A stretch of 64,000 nt of DNA from Callorhinchus milii (lineage: Eukaryota), in the NCBI RefSeq assembly GCF_018977255.1, contig NW_024704743.1, positions 6,326,001-6,390,000 of the forward strand. The letters are read 5' to 3'. Position numbers and translations under genes: made by a program. Below the pieces are notes generated by a model that did not search any database, had not been told where the DNA came from, and worked only from the letters and a program-made list of their open reading frames with translations. Positions 12,205 to 30,310 of this stretch are shown in pieces. How positions within the stretch are numbered: position 1 is the stretch's first letter; every line of letters begins with the position of its first letter.

Positions 12205-13016
12205 GGATATCAGACTGAGTAGTTCGACATCAGGTAATCGACATGAAGTAAGGCAGGTCTGTCCCTTATCCCCCAACCGGTTTGTCTGCAGCATCGAACC
12301 CTTTCCTCAGGCCATCAGGAGGGACAAGAGCATCAGAGGTGTCACCAACCCGGGCAGCCACGGTACACAACCCAAGGCCTCCCTGTATATGGATGATGTC
12401 GCCATCTTTTGCACAGACCAAAACTTGGTCTCGAGATTGCTAGGCATTTGCGACCGTTTTGAGCAAGTCTCAGAAGCAAAGATCAACTGCCAGAAGAGTG
12501 AGGTGATGTATTTTGGAGACTGGAAAGAACGCAGTCACATACCATTTGCAGTGAAGCCAGACTGCATCAAAGTCTTCGGCGTCTAGATCTAGGCTGCCGG
12601 GGAGTGCCCAAAAAGCTGGGAGAAGAGTCTAGGTATAGTGAGGAAGAAATTGGTGATGTGGCACCAGCGCTCGCTATCCATCACCGTAAAAAATCTGGTG
12701 ATAAAGTGTGAGGCCCTCTCAGTGTTAAAGTACTTGGTCCAGGTCTTGCCTTTGACCAAGAACAACGCCACTGCAATCACTAGACAGGTCTTCCATCTGA
12801 ATTGGGGGTCCAAGATGGATCGTGTCCACAGAGACACGCTGCACAAAACGGAAAGGTGGGGGAAAGAGTCCCCAACGTAGCCCTGATCCTCATAGCCACA
12901 TTTATGTGTAACTGCCCGAGGCTGTGCCTGGAGCCCTGCTACGATGGCACTAATGCCGCTACATGATGAGTTTCTACCTGTAACCGGTGCTAGGAAGAGT
13001 TTGATACTGCCTGAAA
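12205..13016 (+). mobile_element. Tx1/L1-clade LINE reverse-transcriptase fragment, copy A
   Basis: VRQVCPLSP (QGCPLSP), IRGVTNPGS, SLYMDDVAIF (YMDD), KINCQKSE, WHQRSLSITVKNLVIKCEALSVL; stops and frameshifts present. Confidence 0.85.
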
Positions 13017-13085
13017 TGAGCATTACATTGACACGTGGTTCAATGATGCAGCTCACCCCTCCACAAACAGCCATCTCACAGTCAC
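13017..13085 (-). pseudogene. PKS copy A KS exon 5, truncated by a Tx1-like LINE
   Basis: tttcag|GDCEMAVCGGVSCIIEPRVNVML, then KS similarity stops abruptly at LINE sequence. Confidence 0.85.
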
Positions 13086-13446
13086 CTGAAAGAGCGAGAT
13101 GGGAATTTTGACCAGTGACTCTATATAAACAGTGCCAGCTAAATAACAGTGCTTTAGAGCGTTAATATGGATTATTATAAGATAATGATTTCTGCAATAC
13201 GATAGAGGCATGGCTTTCTTCTGCTGTTTGTACATTTGTCACATTAGCATAGAGATAACTCACCTATAATTTGAGGTGCTGAAGCTTTATATAAAAAAGG
13301 GGGCAGGTAAACAATTACCTACCGGTTACCCGCTGAAGGTGGCTGTATTTACCTGTCCCTACCAGTTACCTCCCATGATGCTGTAAACTGTGCTTCATGA
13401 TGTGTGTACAATGTATTGATGCAACCACAAAGGTGGTTTCTGGTAC

Positions 13447-13650
13447 CTTGTTTGATGGCCTGAGAAGCGTAGTGTAGAGCGACCAGAGATGAAGAGCACG
13501 CTGTGTCTATAGCCAGTGATGGTCCAGTAAAGTTGAAGGTGAACAAAATCCTATTTGCAGCTATGCTCATTGCTGTACCAGTGCCATTATAATGGCTGAT
13601 TCTGTTGGCTGAATTATTCATTATCGCTTCAAAGTCTCGATTCATGAGCC
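13447..13650 (-). pseudogene. PKS copy A KS exon 4 with active-site Cys
   Basis: GLMNRDF...GPSLAIDTACSSSLVALHYASQAIKQG; acceptor ctttag|, donor G|GTACC. Confidence 0.93.
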
Positions 13651-14298
13651 CTAAAGAAAAGGAAAGAGACTGAAACTGTTCTTTTGGAGTGATAACTTTA
13701 GTCTATTCTGAGGCAATATTGAGTGAGATGTATTAGTGAATAGAAGAGTAGAATCATTTACATTTATGGCACAAAAGAAGGCCATTGTGTCTGTGCCGGC
13801 TCCCTCAAGAGCAATCCTTTCAGTCCCATTTGCCTGCGCTTCCCCCATAACTTTGCAACTGACTTTTTAAGATATTTGTCTAATTTCCTCTTGAAGGCCA
13901 ATATGGATTGTGCTCTGGGCAGAATTGTATCAGTTCCTAACAACTCAAAAAACTTTCTCCTTAATTCCCCATTTGCTCGTTTAATATCTTATATTGACGC
14001 TTTGAGATGTCTCAACGACATGATGAGGCGCTATATCAAATGCAAGGATTATTTCTTAAATAATTTCTCCCTATTGACTATCCATCATCCGGATGAAGTT
14101 CCCCACCCCCTGCCTTGAACCCCTCTCCACCCAGCTGCTGGTCACTCAACTCCCCCACCTCTCCAACCTGCTCGCCGATACGGTTAACCAGTCTCTCTCC
14201 TCAGGCTCTGTTCCACTCCCTTAAAACCGCTGTAATCACACCCCTCCTCAAAAACCCACCCTTAATCCCTATAATCTCTCACACTATCATCCCACTGT

Positions 14299-14676
14299 GG
14301 AGTCCTGTATCTCAGTGGTTGGAGCACCCGCCTTGTAAGCGAGAGAACTGGGTTCTATTCCTGTCAAGACGAAATGTTGGGCAAGTTTCCTTACTCCACA
14401 CGTCTGTTTACCAAGCAGCAAGTAGGAACCCAGTTGTTAGCCGATTGGCAGATCACTTTTCCAGGGATAATAATCCCTCAAGAAAACAAAACAAACCAAT
14501 AATGATTTGGTCACTCAATCCACAACTGATTGTGCGACACTGCTGTAAGCAATTGGCTGCCACGCTTCGCCCACAAATATACAGTTAATTCACCTTACAG
14601 TATATTCTGCGAAGCGCTTTGAGACATCTAGAAGATGTGTAAAGCGCTTTATCAAATGCAAGGGTTATTATTATTA
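14299..14676 (+). mobile_element. tRNA-derived SINE, longer subfamily (counterpart 47176-47553)
   Basis: Same head, core and tail plus an extra internal segment TCTGTTTACCAAGCAG...TTTTCCAGGG. Confidence 0.85.
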
Positions 14677-14816
14677 ATCAAATTTTAAATACCTTTATCA
14701 GGTCACCCCACACTATTTTTTGTTCCAGCAGAAAAGTCTAAGTTCCTCCAGTCTCTGCTCATAGAACGAACCATTCATCTCTAGTATCATCCTAGTGTAT
14801 CTCCTCTCTACTCTGT

Positions 14817-15146
14817 TTATTATAATAATAATATAATAATAATCCTTGCATTTGATATAGTGCTTTTCACGTCGAGAAGACGTCCCAAAGCGTTTCACAG
14901 AACACACTAAAGTGAATTGACTGTATATTTGTGGGCGAACGCGGCAGTCAATTGCGCACAGCAGTGTCCCACAAACAGTCGTGGATTGAAAATGACCAAT
15001 TTATTATTGTTTTGGTTTTGGAGGGATTATTATTAGGCTCTGTGTGGAGTAAGGAAACTTGCCCAAGGTTTCGCCCTCTGCCGGGAATTGAACTCAGGTC
15101 TCTCGCTTGCAAAGCGAGTGCTCTAACCACTGAGCTACAGTACTCC
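14817..15146 (-). mobile_element. tRNA-derived SINE, full length (counterpart 47694-48023)
   Basis: Reverse complement begins GGAGTACTGTAGCTCAGTGGTTAGAGC...GTTCAATTCCCGGC; inserted into a CR1 fragment. Confidence 0.9.
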
Positions 15147-15680
15147 ACAAATTCCCTTGATGTCTTTCCTAATATGATGTGACCAATACTGAACACAATA
15201 TTCTATTTATTGTCTAACTAACGCTTTATATAAGTTATCATTACCTCTTTGCTTTTATATTCTATAGCCCTATTTATAAAACCTAAGAATCAATTAACTT
15301 TTTTGAAAGTTTGTCCACCTGGGCATTGCTGTGTGCAGATTGGCTGCCACATTTGCCTATAAAATACACAGTCACAACACATTACAATAAATCTTGTGAA
15401 GCTTTTTGCAATTTCCACCCAAAATGAAAGGGTTTATACAAATACAACGATTGTTATTCTCATCAAGTTCAACAAAAATCTACTCCATCATAAAGTTCAC
15501 CACAACCTCCCTTGGGCCAACAACCAAATGTGGTCCCCATCATCATTTTAATTGAAAATGAGTTCCAGCAATTAGATGATGATGTAGTTATTCTATGAAT
15601 TATGATAAATATTTCATGAACTGACAAAATCACATGGTTGAAAAATTGGCTATTATGTTGGGCAGCGGGCACCTACTCAC

Positions 15681-15841
15681 CAATAAAAACCCCTGTTTTA
15701 CTCCCACTGAGATCCTCCTTGGGCATCCCTGCATTTTCAAGCGCTTTGTACGTGCACTCCAAGAGAAGCTTGTGTTGTGGATCCATGCAGTTGGCTTCTG
15801 TTTCATTTATGCCAAACAACTTATAATCAAATAAATTGAAC
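15681..15841 (-). pseudogene. PKS copy A KS exon 3
   Basis: taatag|FNLFDYKLFGINETEANCMDPQHKLLLECTYKALENAGMPKEDLSGSKTGVFIG|gtgagt; MDPQ motif; 161 nt. Confidence 0.92.
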
Positions 15842-17069
15842 CTATTAATTGCAAAGAAATATGAAAGTTTGTGTTAGGCATATATAGATGCATTAACATT
15901 ATTTTTTTTAAGTGCTTGAGGTTCAACATTTAATATTTTATTTAATCATTTTGTATGTAGCTTGAGCTCAAGCTGACAGAGAACACTTCTTAGTCCAGGG
16001 CACACAAAGCATCCTGGAGTTCCCACATGGCACACATTGTGAATGCAACCAGTCTCAGCTGCCCTGCCATATTCCCAGACATGTTTTAATATAAATATTA
16101 TATAATTATGCACCTCTTTACCCCTTCCCACCAAATTCCTTAACAGATTCTCCCTCTGTTCTCTCCTCATGCTGCTAGGCTTTCTGTTTAATTGAGACAC
16201 TTACAAGTCTTCTTCTTTATAAAGGACTCAAACAGAAACACCCAGTTTCAACTGGGCAGCATATCTTTTAATCTCGAACACCTGGCCTATGATTAACTGC
16301 AAATCACTTTGTTTGCTTGCTTGCATATAAGGTTGCCTCTACCTCATGATAGACTTCCCACTATTCTGCTGAATGAAAGAGTTCACTCTTGCTCTCTGGT
16401 ATCTCACTTGCTCTCTCTCTCTCGCTTGTTGAAGAATTCCCACTATCACCAAATTCCTTAACAGAATTCTCTCTCCATTCCACCTCCCTTGGTTCCCTCC
16501 TCATCTGATGGGCTCTCTGCTCGTGTGACAAACATGAGACAAGTTGTGTTCTAGAAATTCTTGTAAGTAGTTATAATGTAAAATTGATCAGATAACTCAT
16601 CCTGTAAGATGGCGTGTTGCAATGTAGAGGCCTCCTGCCCTATCCTATGACTGGTGTGGGCGCTCAGCAGAGGGTGGGCATGGATGCTCAGATGCTTTTC
16701 AGAGGTCTATTGGAGGGCCTAGATCTCTATTGATACCATTGATGGTTGTATTCATGGCTTCCTGCCACGTCTCCTATCCTATTCTGTGACAAGATAGGGC
16801 GGGAGGCAACTGAACAGCCTTCTAATAAAAATGGGGGTGGGGGGTGAAGGGATTTATAGTTGAGATTGAGAACCTTGAACTCAATCCATTGAGAGCCAGG
16901 AGAGACTGGGTTGATGAACGATATGGAGTTTGGTGCAGGTGAGGATGTGGGCAGCAGTGTTTTGGATGAGAGTATCCACTCACACAAAAAAGTACTTGTT
17001 TTGCAGCAACAAATATTACTATTCTGAATCAATTTAAAAGATGTAGTTTGTAAGAATGCTGTGCATTAC

Positions 17070-17223
17070 CCTTCAATGAGAGACGCTCGCTTTGTGCGCA
17101 TTTTTCCAGGCTTGTTGTCATCGGGATCATGCCAGAATTGTGTATCAAAACGATCTGGTGGGATATCCACAACGCAGTTTCTTCCCTCATGAAGAACTTT
17201 CCAAAAGTGTTCAATGCCTTCCC
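17070..17223 (-). pseudogene. PKS copy A KS exon 2
   Basis: tgtacag|G-EGIEHFWKVLHEGRNCVVDIPPDRFDTQFWHDPDDNKPGKMRTKRASLIEG|gtaatg; 154 nt, phases match both neighbours. Confidence 0.9.
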
Positions 17224-18447
17224 CTGTACAGACGACAAAAGAATCGAGAGAGAAAGCTCCTCCATTCTTAGAAATTATTCTGTAATGTATGTCATAATGT
17301 TAGTAAATGTGTATTGATACCACTGAGGTTTGTAAATGATTTGTAGCTCCAGAACTCCCTCACTCTACCCTTCTATCTAGCCCCTCTCTATCTGTCTTCA
17401 AATCCTGCCTAACATCCTACCTCTTTGACCAAACCTATGGTCACCTCCCCATCTTTCCTTCATTTGTTTAGCGTCTTTGGGAATTGTTCTGAGATGTTAT
17501 GCAAATAATAATAAGAGCCCTTTTAAATGCAAGTTCTTGTTGTTACACCAGATACGGCTCCTGGAGAAGCGAGAGCGCAAGCTTTCCTTCTTCTTTTGTG
17601 ATCCTGGACAGTAACTGGTAGCAGCTGTTCAACTATAGGGTTAGCCCCACCTGAGCCTGACACAACCTAAATTTAACACAGCAACAAAGTCAGGACTAAA
17701 GATCTTAGTCCAGATTAACACACAAATGCAATGCTGGAGGAGTTTTCATTGTGGGAGGTGCCATGCTTTGGATGAGACGTTAAACCGAGATAATGTCTGC
17801 CTGCTCAGGTGGAAGGATCCCAAGGCACGATTCAAAAAAGAGAATGGAGTTTCTTCCGGTTTCTTGGTCTACAATTCCCAGATAAAATAATTGATCATTC
17901 ACTTGATGGTTGTTTGTAGGATATTGCCATTCACAAATTGTCAAAATGGATTGTTGTTTCAGAGCCACCAGAGACACAATGAGCTGTATCCCATTGTCGA
18001 GACATCTCAAAGTGCTTCACAGAATGTGATGTGTAGTGACTGTTTGAAATGTGCTGACTATATTTTGTAGGCAATGTCCCACAAACAGCCATGAAGTGAA
18101 TGACCAATTGTCGGTCAGTACACCAGAAGAAACTTACAATTTTTTTATTTGCAATATCAGGTATTATTGGGAATTTAGAAAACAAACTTAGTGAAATTTG
18201 TAGGAATCTCAGAATTCAATATTTGCAAATGAAAGTTTCAATTAACCCACAACCAATCTCTGGGTTGAAATTATGGCATATTGGACCCCATTCTCACTAA
18301 CTGTAGCTTCCTATCACTGCCCCAGTTGAAAATGAATGTTGTTACAGACTCCAAAAGTTCCTGCTAGATTCCATGTTGTTTTATTATTTATCATCATAAC
18401 ATCATTCTTTTCATCATTTTTATTATTGTTAAATCTTAAATTCCTAC

Positions 18448-18505
18448 CTCCAGGAAAATTGCATCCAATTCCAACAATAGCTATTTCTTCGTTGCTTTCA
18501 TCCAT
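18448..18505 (-). pseudogene. PKS copy A first coding exon (MDESNEEIAIVGIGCNFPG)
   Basis: KS N-terminal motif IAIVGIGCNFPG; donor G|GTAGG; acceptor tttgcaatag| about 20 nt upstream of the ATG. Confidence 0.88.
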
Positions 18506-19798
18506 TTTTTTTNGCTGTTGACACCTATTGCAAACTAATGAAGGGAATCATAACACAAAAAGGAATCAAATATTTTAAGTATACCAGGCTGAGCTAGGTT
18601 CAATCATTACAGCAATATTTAGGCAACGCTATTAACAAGCCACAACATTTTTTACACCTGTACCATATTCCTGTAAAATCTTCTAGATTCACAGTGTGAA
18701 TGCAGACAATGCTGCGAGAGAAAGCATTTGTTTAAAGCCCACACATCCCAACAGTTTGCCATTGCAGAATGTTTTGCAGCATAAACATTATACCAAAAAA
18801 TCTGAATTCTCTATGTGCCTCAGTCCAGTCCTTTATTTCCCAGCGCTGTTGCTGGAGGCAGTCAGGACGCAATGCCTCAATATAAACAGGGAGCGGCATT
18901 TCCCTTCACATCGAGAGGTGGTGTTCAGGGAACTAACAGAAGCAGCGACAACATCAGGACAAATCTGAACAATTCCCACCACCAGAACCATAGCTCTCAA
19001 CATATGTAGGTGGAGAGCACAGCCATACACTTCATATAGAGACGGGCAGTGGGAGCTCCAATGGGGGTACATTTAACCTGGAGAGTGCTCAGTGCTAAGT
19101 CCCACACTGGAGTGTTGCATTTCACAGGACAAACCTCTCACACTGATCAGAACGACATTAACTAGAAAAATAAATCAATGTAATTACTGCCCCTTTTCTA
19201 CAAAGTATGTCACTCCTTTTGGTTACCAGTGTTTGTAAGTGAAAGCACACTATTAGAGCACTTGTCTTGTTACTCATTCTTAAACAAACATCATCTTCAA
19301 TCACGATAACTGCTCACGAACAAATAGAGAACAATACAATTTACATTTACATTGAGCCTTTCAGTCGACAGGAGGACGTTTCAAAGAGTTTTATATTGGT
19401 TGGTCTCCCGAGATGAAGAAAAATAAACATGAAACTATCCATGATTATTGCAAACTTGATAGCATTTTGAGTTGTATCATTTTACTATTTCCACCAAAGC
19501 TTCTTTTATTTTTTTTAAAAAAACTGAAAGTGATGTTGATTTATGAAGATGAAATGCAGGAATGTATTAATCTAAAAGATAATAGTACTTTGCGGACAGA
19601 AAGTCCTTCAACGAAGAAAATTCCCGACGACAGCTGCAGAAAGCCTGAAAGGGTCCACGTGGAAGCTTAACATAGTATTTTGAAATAAAGTGCAAGATTG
19701 CCATGAAGGAAATTACTCCATGTAAATCTTTTCCATCAACCAGCCCCTCGAAACATTCTGAATAAAGTTATAACTGATTTTGTTTTTAAAGCTCTTAC

Positions 19799-19838
19799 CT
19801 CCTATTCTATTCTATCTCTGATTTTGCTGTCTGTCTTT
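19799..19838 (-). other. Putative short non-coding first exon of the PKS gene, copy A
   Basis: TSS inferred about 30 nt downstream of the TATA box; donor GAG|GTAAGA would splice to the acceptor at 18525/18524 just upstream of the ATG. Confidence 0.5.
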
Positions 19839-19859
19839 GTCATGAGCATGAACTGGTTT

Positions 19860-19867
19860 CTTTTATA
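19860..19867 (-). promoter_or_regulatory. Putative TATA box (TATAAAAG) of the PKS gene, copy A
   Basis: Consensus TATAAAAG on the minus strand 60-70 nt upstream of a strong donor GAG|GTAAGA at 19799/19798. Confidence 0.55.
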
Positions 19868-20526
19868 CTATTCCACAAATACCTATGTATGATCAGCATA
19901 ATACCAACGACGATAAGGAAGTATGTAATTCTTATTATTAATGTTATAAATGTTGCCCTTGAACATAACTATAATATCATAATCATAATAATAATATTAA
20001 TAATAAACCTCAAATTTGATACAGCGACTTGTCATGGCGTCCTGAGAAGTATTTATATGCAGTGATTAATTCATATTGTAATACAAGTGTATCCCTGACT
20101 GATAATGCACAAAGGGAAAACTGATACCAATCAAGTATTGGAGTGATAAAGAGTGTTGCGTATATGGTTTCTTTCAAGTTATTTTACGAGACAAACATTT
20201 TTGATTCTGCATATCAAATCATGAAAACTAAAAGAAAACTATATCTGGGTTTATCATTCTTGCTTTGTGTAGTCTGGTGTAGCAACAGTCAATATGATTT
20301 TTCCACGGAAGGATAATAATTATCAGTAACCTTGTATGTGTACACAGGGTGTGATGTTCACTGGGTTACAAGTCTCAGTTGAACATTAGTTCACAAACCG
20401 GAGGCACAGAGTCAGGGACCTGCCTTCAGTCGAATGACACACTTCCTGTACAGGTGTTATTTTACACATCAATGTATTGGCTTTAATCCGAGAGAGCTTC
20501 AGTCTGCTGACTGCCCAGTGTAGACC
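19868..20526. promoter_or_regulatory. Putative bidirectional promoter region between PKS (-) and PTCHD3 (+), copy A
   Basis: Only about 660 nt separate the PKS TATA box from the PTCHD3 ATG in a divergent arrangement. Confidence 0.5.
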
Positions 20527-26297
<5,771 letters not shown>

Positions 26298-26627
26298 ACT
26301 GAAGATCTTCTCCCCCTCCCTTGCCTCCTTCAAGACCTCTTTTAAGATCCTCTTCTTCAACCGTGCCTTCGATCATCCTCCTTGCCCCCCGCCCTTCACC
26401 CTCCCTGATCCCGATCCCCATGGGACTGGTCAGGTGGTCTTTTCGTATCCTGTCTACTTTTCTGCACTTAGATTCTGAATAACAATCAATGTTAAATCGA
26501 TTGAATTCTGCTTGGGTGCATGTCTTTTTAAAGTTCTCTTTTTAATATTAATCTTTATACATGTTTCTATATATGTTTGTGTTCATTTGAAATTGTATGT
26601 CAAGAACATATTGTTCATTGTTTGTTG

Positions 26628-26633
26628 AATAAA
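26628..26633 (+). terminator. Candidate polyadenylation signal AATAAA for PTCHD3 copy A
   Basis: First AATAAA seen downstream of the stop, in U-rich context; the equivalent in copy B is at 60851-60856. Confidence 0.45.
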
Positions 26634-27379
26634 AGCTTACGGAACAAAGATTCTTCCATTTTCACAGAAAGTTCTGTCTTTCTTCATCTCTGCAACATTG
26701 CTCATCTTTCTCCACTACCTAACACCAAATGCTGCCAAAATCCCCTTGCAGTGTGACAACCTAGTTTATAGCTTTACTAGTTATCCCGTACGTTTACAAT
26801 GAAGTGACTATGGTTATTTTACACAGAGTTAATGTTTAATATATCATGCTCCCAAACAACCTGGCTCCTTCATTTATCTGTTCCATTAATTATTTTATGT
26901 AACCTTTACAAAATATCTCTGAAATATAACATTAGGAACATAAAGGTAAAACATTAACTTTTACTCGAGCTTATAAATATTAATAACAATATTGATGGAT
27001 TAGTTTGTCATAACTTTAAATGCTATAATTTCTATAAAATAGATTGTGCAACTGATATGGAGCCTAACCTGCCCACTTTCTATGGGATGTGAAACACAAT
27101 GCTGTCCCTGCAACTGGTGTATCTTCCTCTTCCCCACCCTACACACCCAGCACTCACGTCTTCTGCTTCTGTCCTCACACTTTTACCCTCTTCTCTCTCC
27201 CGTCCTTCTCCACCCTCATAACCCACCTGGAACCTACCACTTGCTCCCTTGACCTCCTCTCCCCACCAAACTGCTGCACTCCTAGCTGGTGGCTATAGTC
27301 AAGCTGTCCCTGTCTTCTGGCGCTGTCCCCTCTCCCTCAAAGCCACCGTCATCACCAACAACAATAACAGAGGTTATAC

Positions 27380-28265
27380 CTTTAAATGGAAAATGATTTC
27401 AATGTAGAAAAGTGTGAGGTGGTACATTTTGGTAGAAGGAATAAGGAAGTCACATATATCCTGGAAAATAAAAACCTAAATGGGGTAGAGGAGCAAAGGG
27501 ATCTAGGGGTACACATACACAATTCACTGAAAGTAGCATTGCAGGTTAATAAGACCATAACAAAGCAAACCAGGCATTGGGGTTCATTTTTAGAGGGATA
27601 GAAATGAAATGCAGGGAAGTGATGGTAAACTTCTCTAGAACCTTGGTCAGACCACACTTAGAATACTGTGTGCAGTTCTGGTCCCCACATTATAGAAGGG
27701 ATGTAGAGGCACTGGAGAGGGGGCAAAGGAGATTCACAAGGATGATCCCCGATCTGAGAGGTTATACGGATCTGGAAAGGCTGAACATTCAGGGCAGGCT
27801 CGAGGGGCCGAATGGCCTACCCCTGCTCCTACTTCCTATGTACTTGGACTGTTGTGTCTTGAAAAGAGGAGGGTAAGGGGTGACCTGATAGAGGCCTTTA
27901 AAATGATGAGAGGTTTTAATAGGTTAGACATAGGGAAGATGTTTCCACTTGTGGGGAGACCAAAACCAGGCGCCATCAATATAAGATAGTCACAAATAGA
28001 TCGAATAGGGAAGTTAAAAAAGAAATTTCTTCACACAGAGAGTAGCGGGAATGTGGAACATACTACCCACAAGGAGTTGTTGAGGCAAATAGATTAGATG
28101 TATTTAAGGGAAAGCGAGAGAGGTACATGAGGGAGAAAGGAATAGAAGATTATGCTTGAAGGCTTAGTTGAGGAAGGGCAGGAGGAGGCTCACGTGCAGC
28201 ATAAATACCGGCATAGACCAGTTGGGCCAAATGGCCTGTTTCTGTGCTGTATATTCCAATATATT
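27380..28265 (+). mobile_element. CR1 LINE 3' fragment
   Basis: [40 protein letters not shown]; 3' UTR GGGCCAAATGGCCTGTTTCTGTGCTGTA. Confidence 0.88.
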
Positions 28266-29469
28266 CTAAGGTAATAACAACTTGCATTGAGGGGTAGCAT
28301 CTCAGAGTGCTTAACAGTGGTAGATTCTGAATCCGAGCGAGGGGAAGTGACCATAAGCATGGTTGAACAGGAATATCTTTAGGTGTGATCTGAAAATGGG
28401 GAAGATGGAGCGGCCCAGGTGGAGGGAAGTGGGATAGCGTTCCAGAGTTCAGTGGCATATTGGCTGAAAGCATAACTGCCGATGGTGGAGCAGAGGGGAT
28501 CAGGGATCAGCAGGAAGCCGGAGCCAGCCAAGCAGAGGCGGCAAGTGGTAGACGGAAGAGTAAGCATGTCGGACAGACAGGGAGTTGCCAGGGTATGAAG
28601 GGATTTCTAGACGAATGTGAGGATCTTGGCCAATCCTTTCTGTGATTAGGAGCAGGTGAAGACTGGCGAGGACTGATGGGATGGGGGTAGGGAGACTGCT
28701 TCTCTTCATCTCAGCCACATTGCTCTCCAACCCCACTCCCCCTATCTCACAGCAAATACCACCAAACCATATCTTGGTTACCTCTCACCTTGACTTTTCT
28801 AACATACTCCTGAATTATCTCCCTGAGCTCCAATTCATCCAAATTACCACCATTGACAACGCACCTGCACGAAACACAACATACAATAATATTATTATTA
28901 TTATTTATTACAATAAACCTTTCCTATGTTCAAAGTTACATGTCCCATTGCAGTTGCCAGCTCTTAAGGTTTGCGACAACAAAATTATGTCAGAATTATT
29001 TGTATCTTTGAGTGATACCACTGAATTTTAGGAATAGACAGTTCATTTAGTTTAGGGGAAGACCTCAGTGGTGTCTCAGCATCCCTGGCAGGGACAGATA
29101 TTACTCACTGTCACTGTGAGTGGTTAGTGTTGCAGACCCCTCTTATGCCTCACTCTCACCTGCAGTTTCCCTCCCATCTCCATCACAACTTATAGCACTG
29201 AATCTACGCACTTGGAAGAAGGTTGTGCAGGTTAACGGTCTATCACAGTGTCCGTGGCGGCTCCGGCTTGCCCATGTGTGTAGACCCCAGACTTCATTTG
29301 TTCTTCCCAGCCCTGCACACAAGGCTGCAGATACAGTTACATCACTGAGTCTGTGGCAGATCCGGCTTGGCCAGGTGTCTAGGTCTGACACCTTTCGTTC
29401 TTCCTTGGCCTGTGCCAAAGGCTGCAAGGACTCCTCTAGTCCTGAAGAAAGAGAGAACACAGAAAGAAT

Positions 29470-30310
29470 TGGACAAAACAACAAGAACAAGATTACATTT
29501 GTATAGCGCCTTTCACATCGGGAGGTCGTCCCAAGGTGCTGGACAGTATACAGCATTTCAAACACAAGCTGGGGTCAGGGTGGGATAAGGGAGAGGAGGG
29601 GAAGGGGGGTGACCAATGGCATGGTCTAAGAGGAGGGTTTTGAGGCGGGACTTGAAGGAGGCTAAGGAGGGGGCGAGGCGAAGTGAATGGGGATGGAATT
29701 CCAGAGGTGGGGGCAGAGTGGCAGAAGGCTCTCCCACCAATGGTGGGGCGGGTGTGTCGGGGGACATGTAGCAGGCCAGAGCCGGCTGAGCGGAGGGAGC
29801 GGGCGGGTTGGTAGGGGGTTAGGAGGTCGCAGAGGTAGGGGAGGCGTGGCCATTGAGGGCTTTGTAGTTGAGGACCAGGATCTTGAACTGGATCCTCTGA
29901 AGGATAGGGAACCAATGAAGTTGGGTGAGAATGATGAGATGGGGTCACGGACACTGGCTGCAGAGTTCTGGATTATCTGCAGCCTGTGGAGGAGGAGTTG
30001 GGAAGGCCAACAAGCAGGGTATTTTCATAGTCGAGCCTGGAGGTGATGAAAGCATGAACAAGAGTTTCAGGGACCTGAGGGATGGGGTGGTGATGGAGTC
30101 GGGCGATGTTTCGGAGGTGAGGGAAGGTAGAGCAGGTCATGGCTTGGATGCGGGGAAGAAAAGACAGTTGAGGGTCGAGCAAGACACCTAGGTTCCTGAC
30201 TGGCTTGGTGAGTTGAAGTGTGCAACCATGGAAGTTGATGCTGTTAGAGCCTAAGGTGCAGAGGCGCTGACGCGAGTCAATCAGTCTTGTTCATATTCAA
30301 CTGTAGAAAA
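29470..30310 (-). mobile_element. L2 LINE fragment
   Basis: ETLVHAFITSRLDYEN..., ARSLRSAGSGLLHVP, FKSRLKTLLLDHA and L2 tail. Confidence 0.85.

Larger units (their letters stand above)
7375..18505 (-). pseudogene. Animal-type iterative type I polyketide synthase pseudogene, copy A (KS-AT-DH-ER-like-KR-ACP)
   Basis: Spliced KS exons 18505-18448, 17223-17070, 15841-15681, 13650-13447 (DTACSSS) and 13085-~13017. Further remnants: KS NQDGRS ~11570-11490, AT LDVPAAYHSHLM, DH HKNNGVPMLP and HPIILDYFLQ, KR VAGGLTALG, ACP GIDSM. Disabled by stops (10620, 8472, 7722), frameshifts, large deletions and LINE insertions. Confidence 0.92.

Noticed and set aside
15070..15146. tRNA-Ala-like sequence (also at 6674, 21520, 24126 and unit B copies)
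   Set aside because: These are SINE heads joined to the SINE core and tail, with no proper acceptor stem or terminator, so they are not tRNA genes.
16120..16530. Diverged ~80-bp direct repeat (CCAAATTCCTTAACAGA...) and short ORF 15946-16200 in a PKS intron
   Set aside because: No coding similarity or LTR hallmarks recognised; most likely a small old local duplication.
7375..18505. Bacterial or fungal PKS from contamination or recent horizontal transfer
   Set aside because: It has phase-consistent spliceosomal introns filled with vertebrate SINEs and LINEs and motifs typical of animal PKSs.
7375..18505. Fatty acid synthase (FASN)
   Set aside because: The N-terminus IAIVGIGCNFPG, the few-exon structure with one giant 3' exon and the absence of a visible TE fit the vertebrate PKS family rather than multi-exon FASN.
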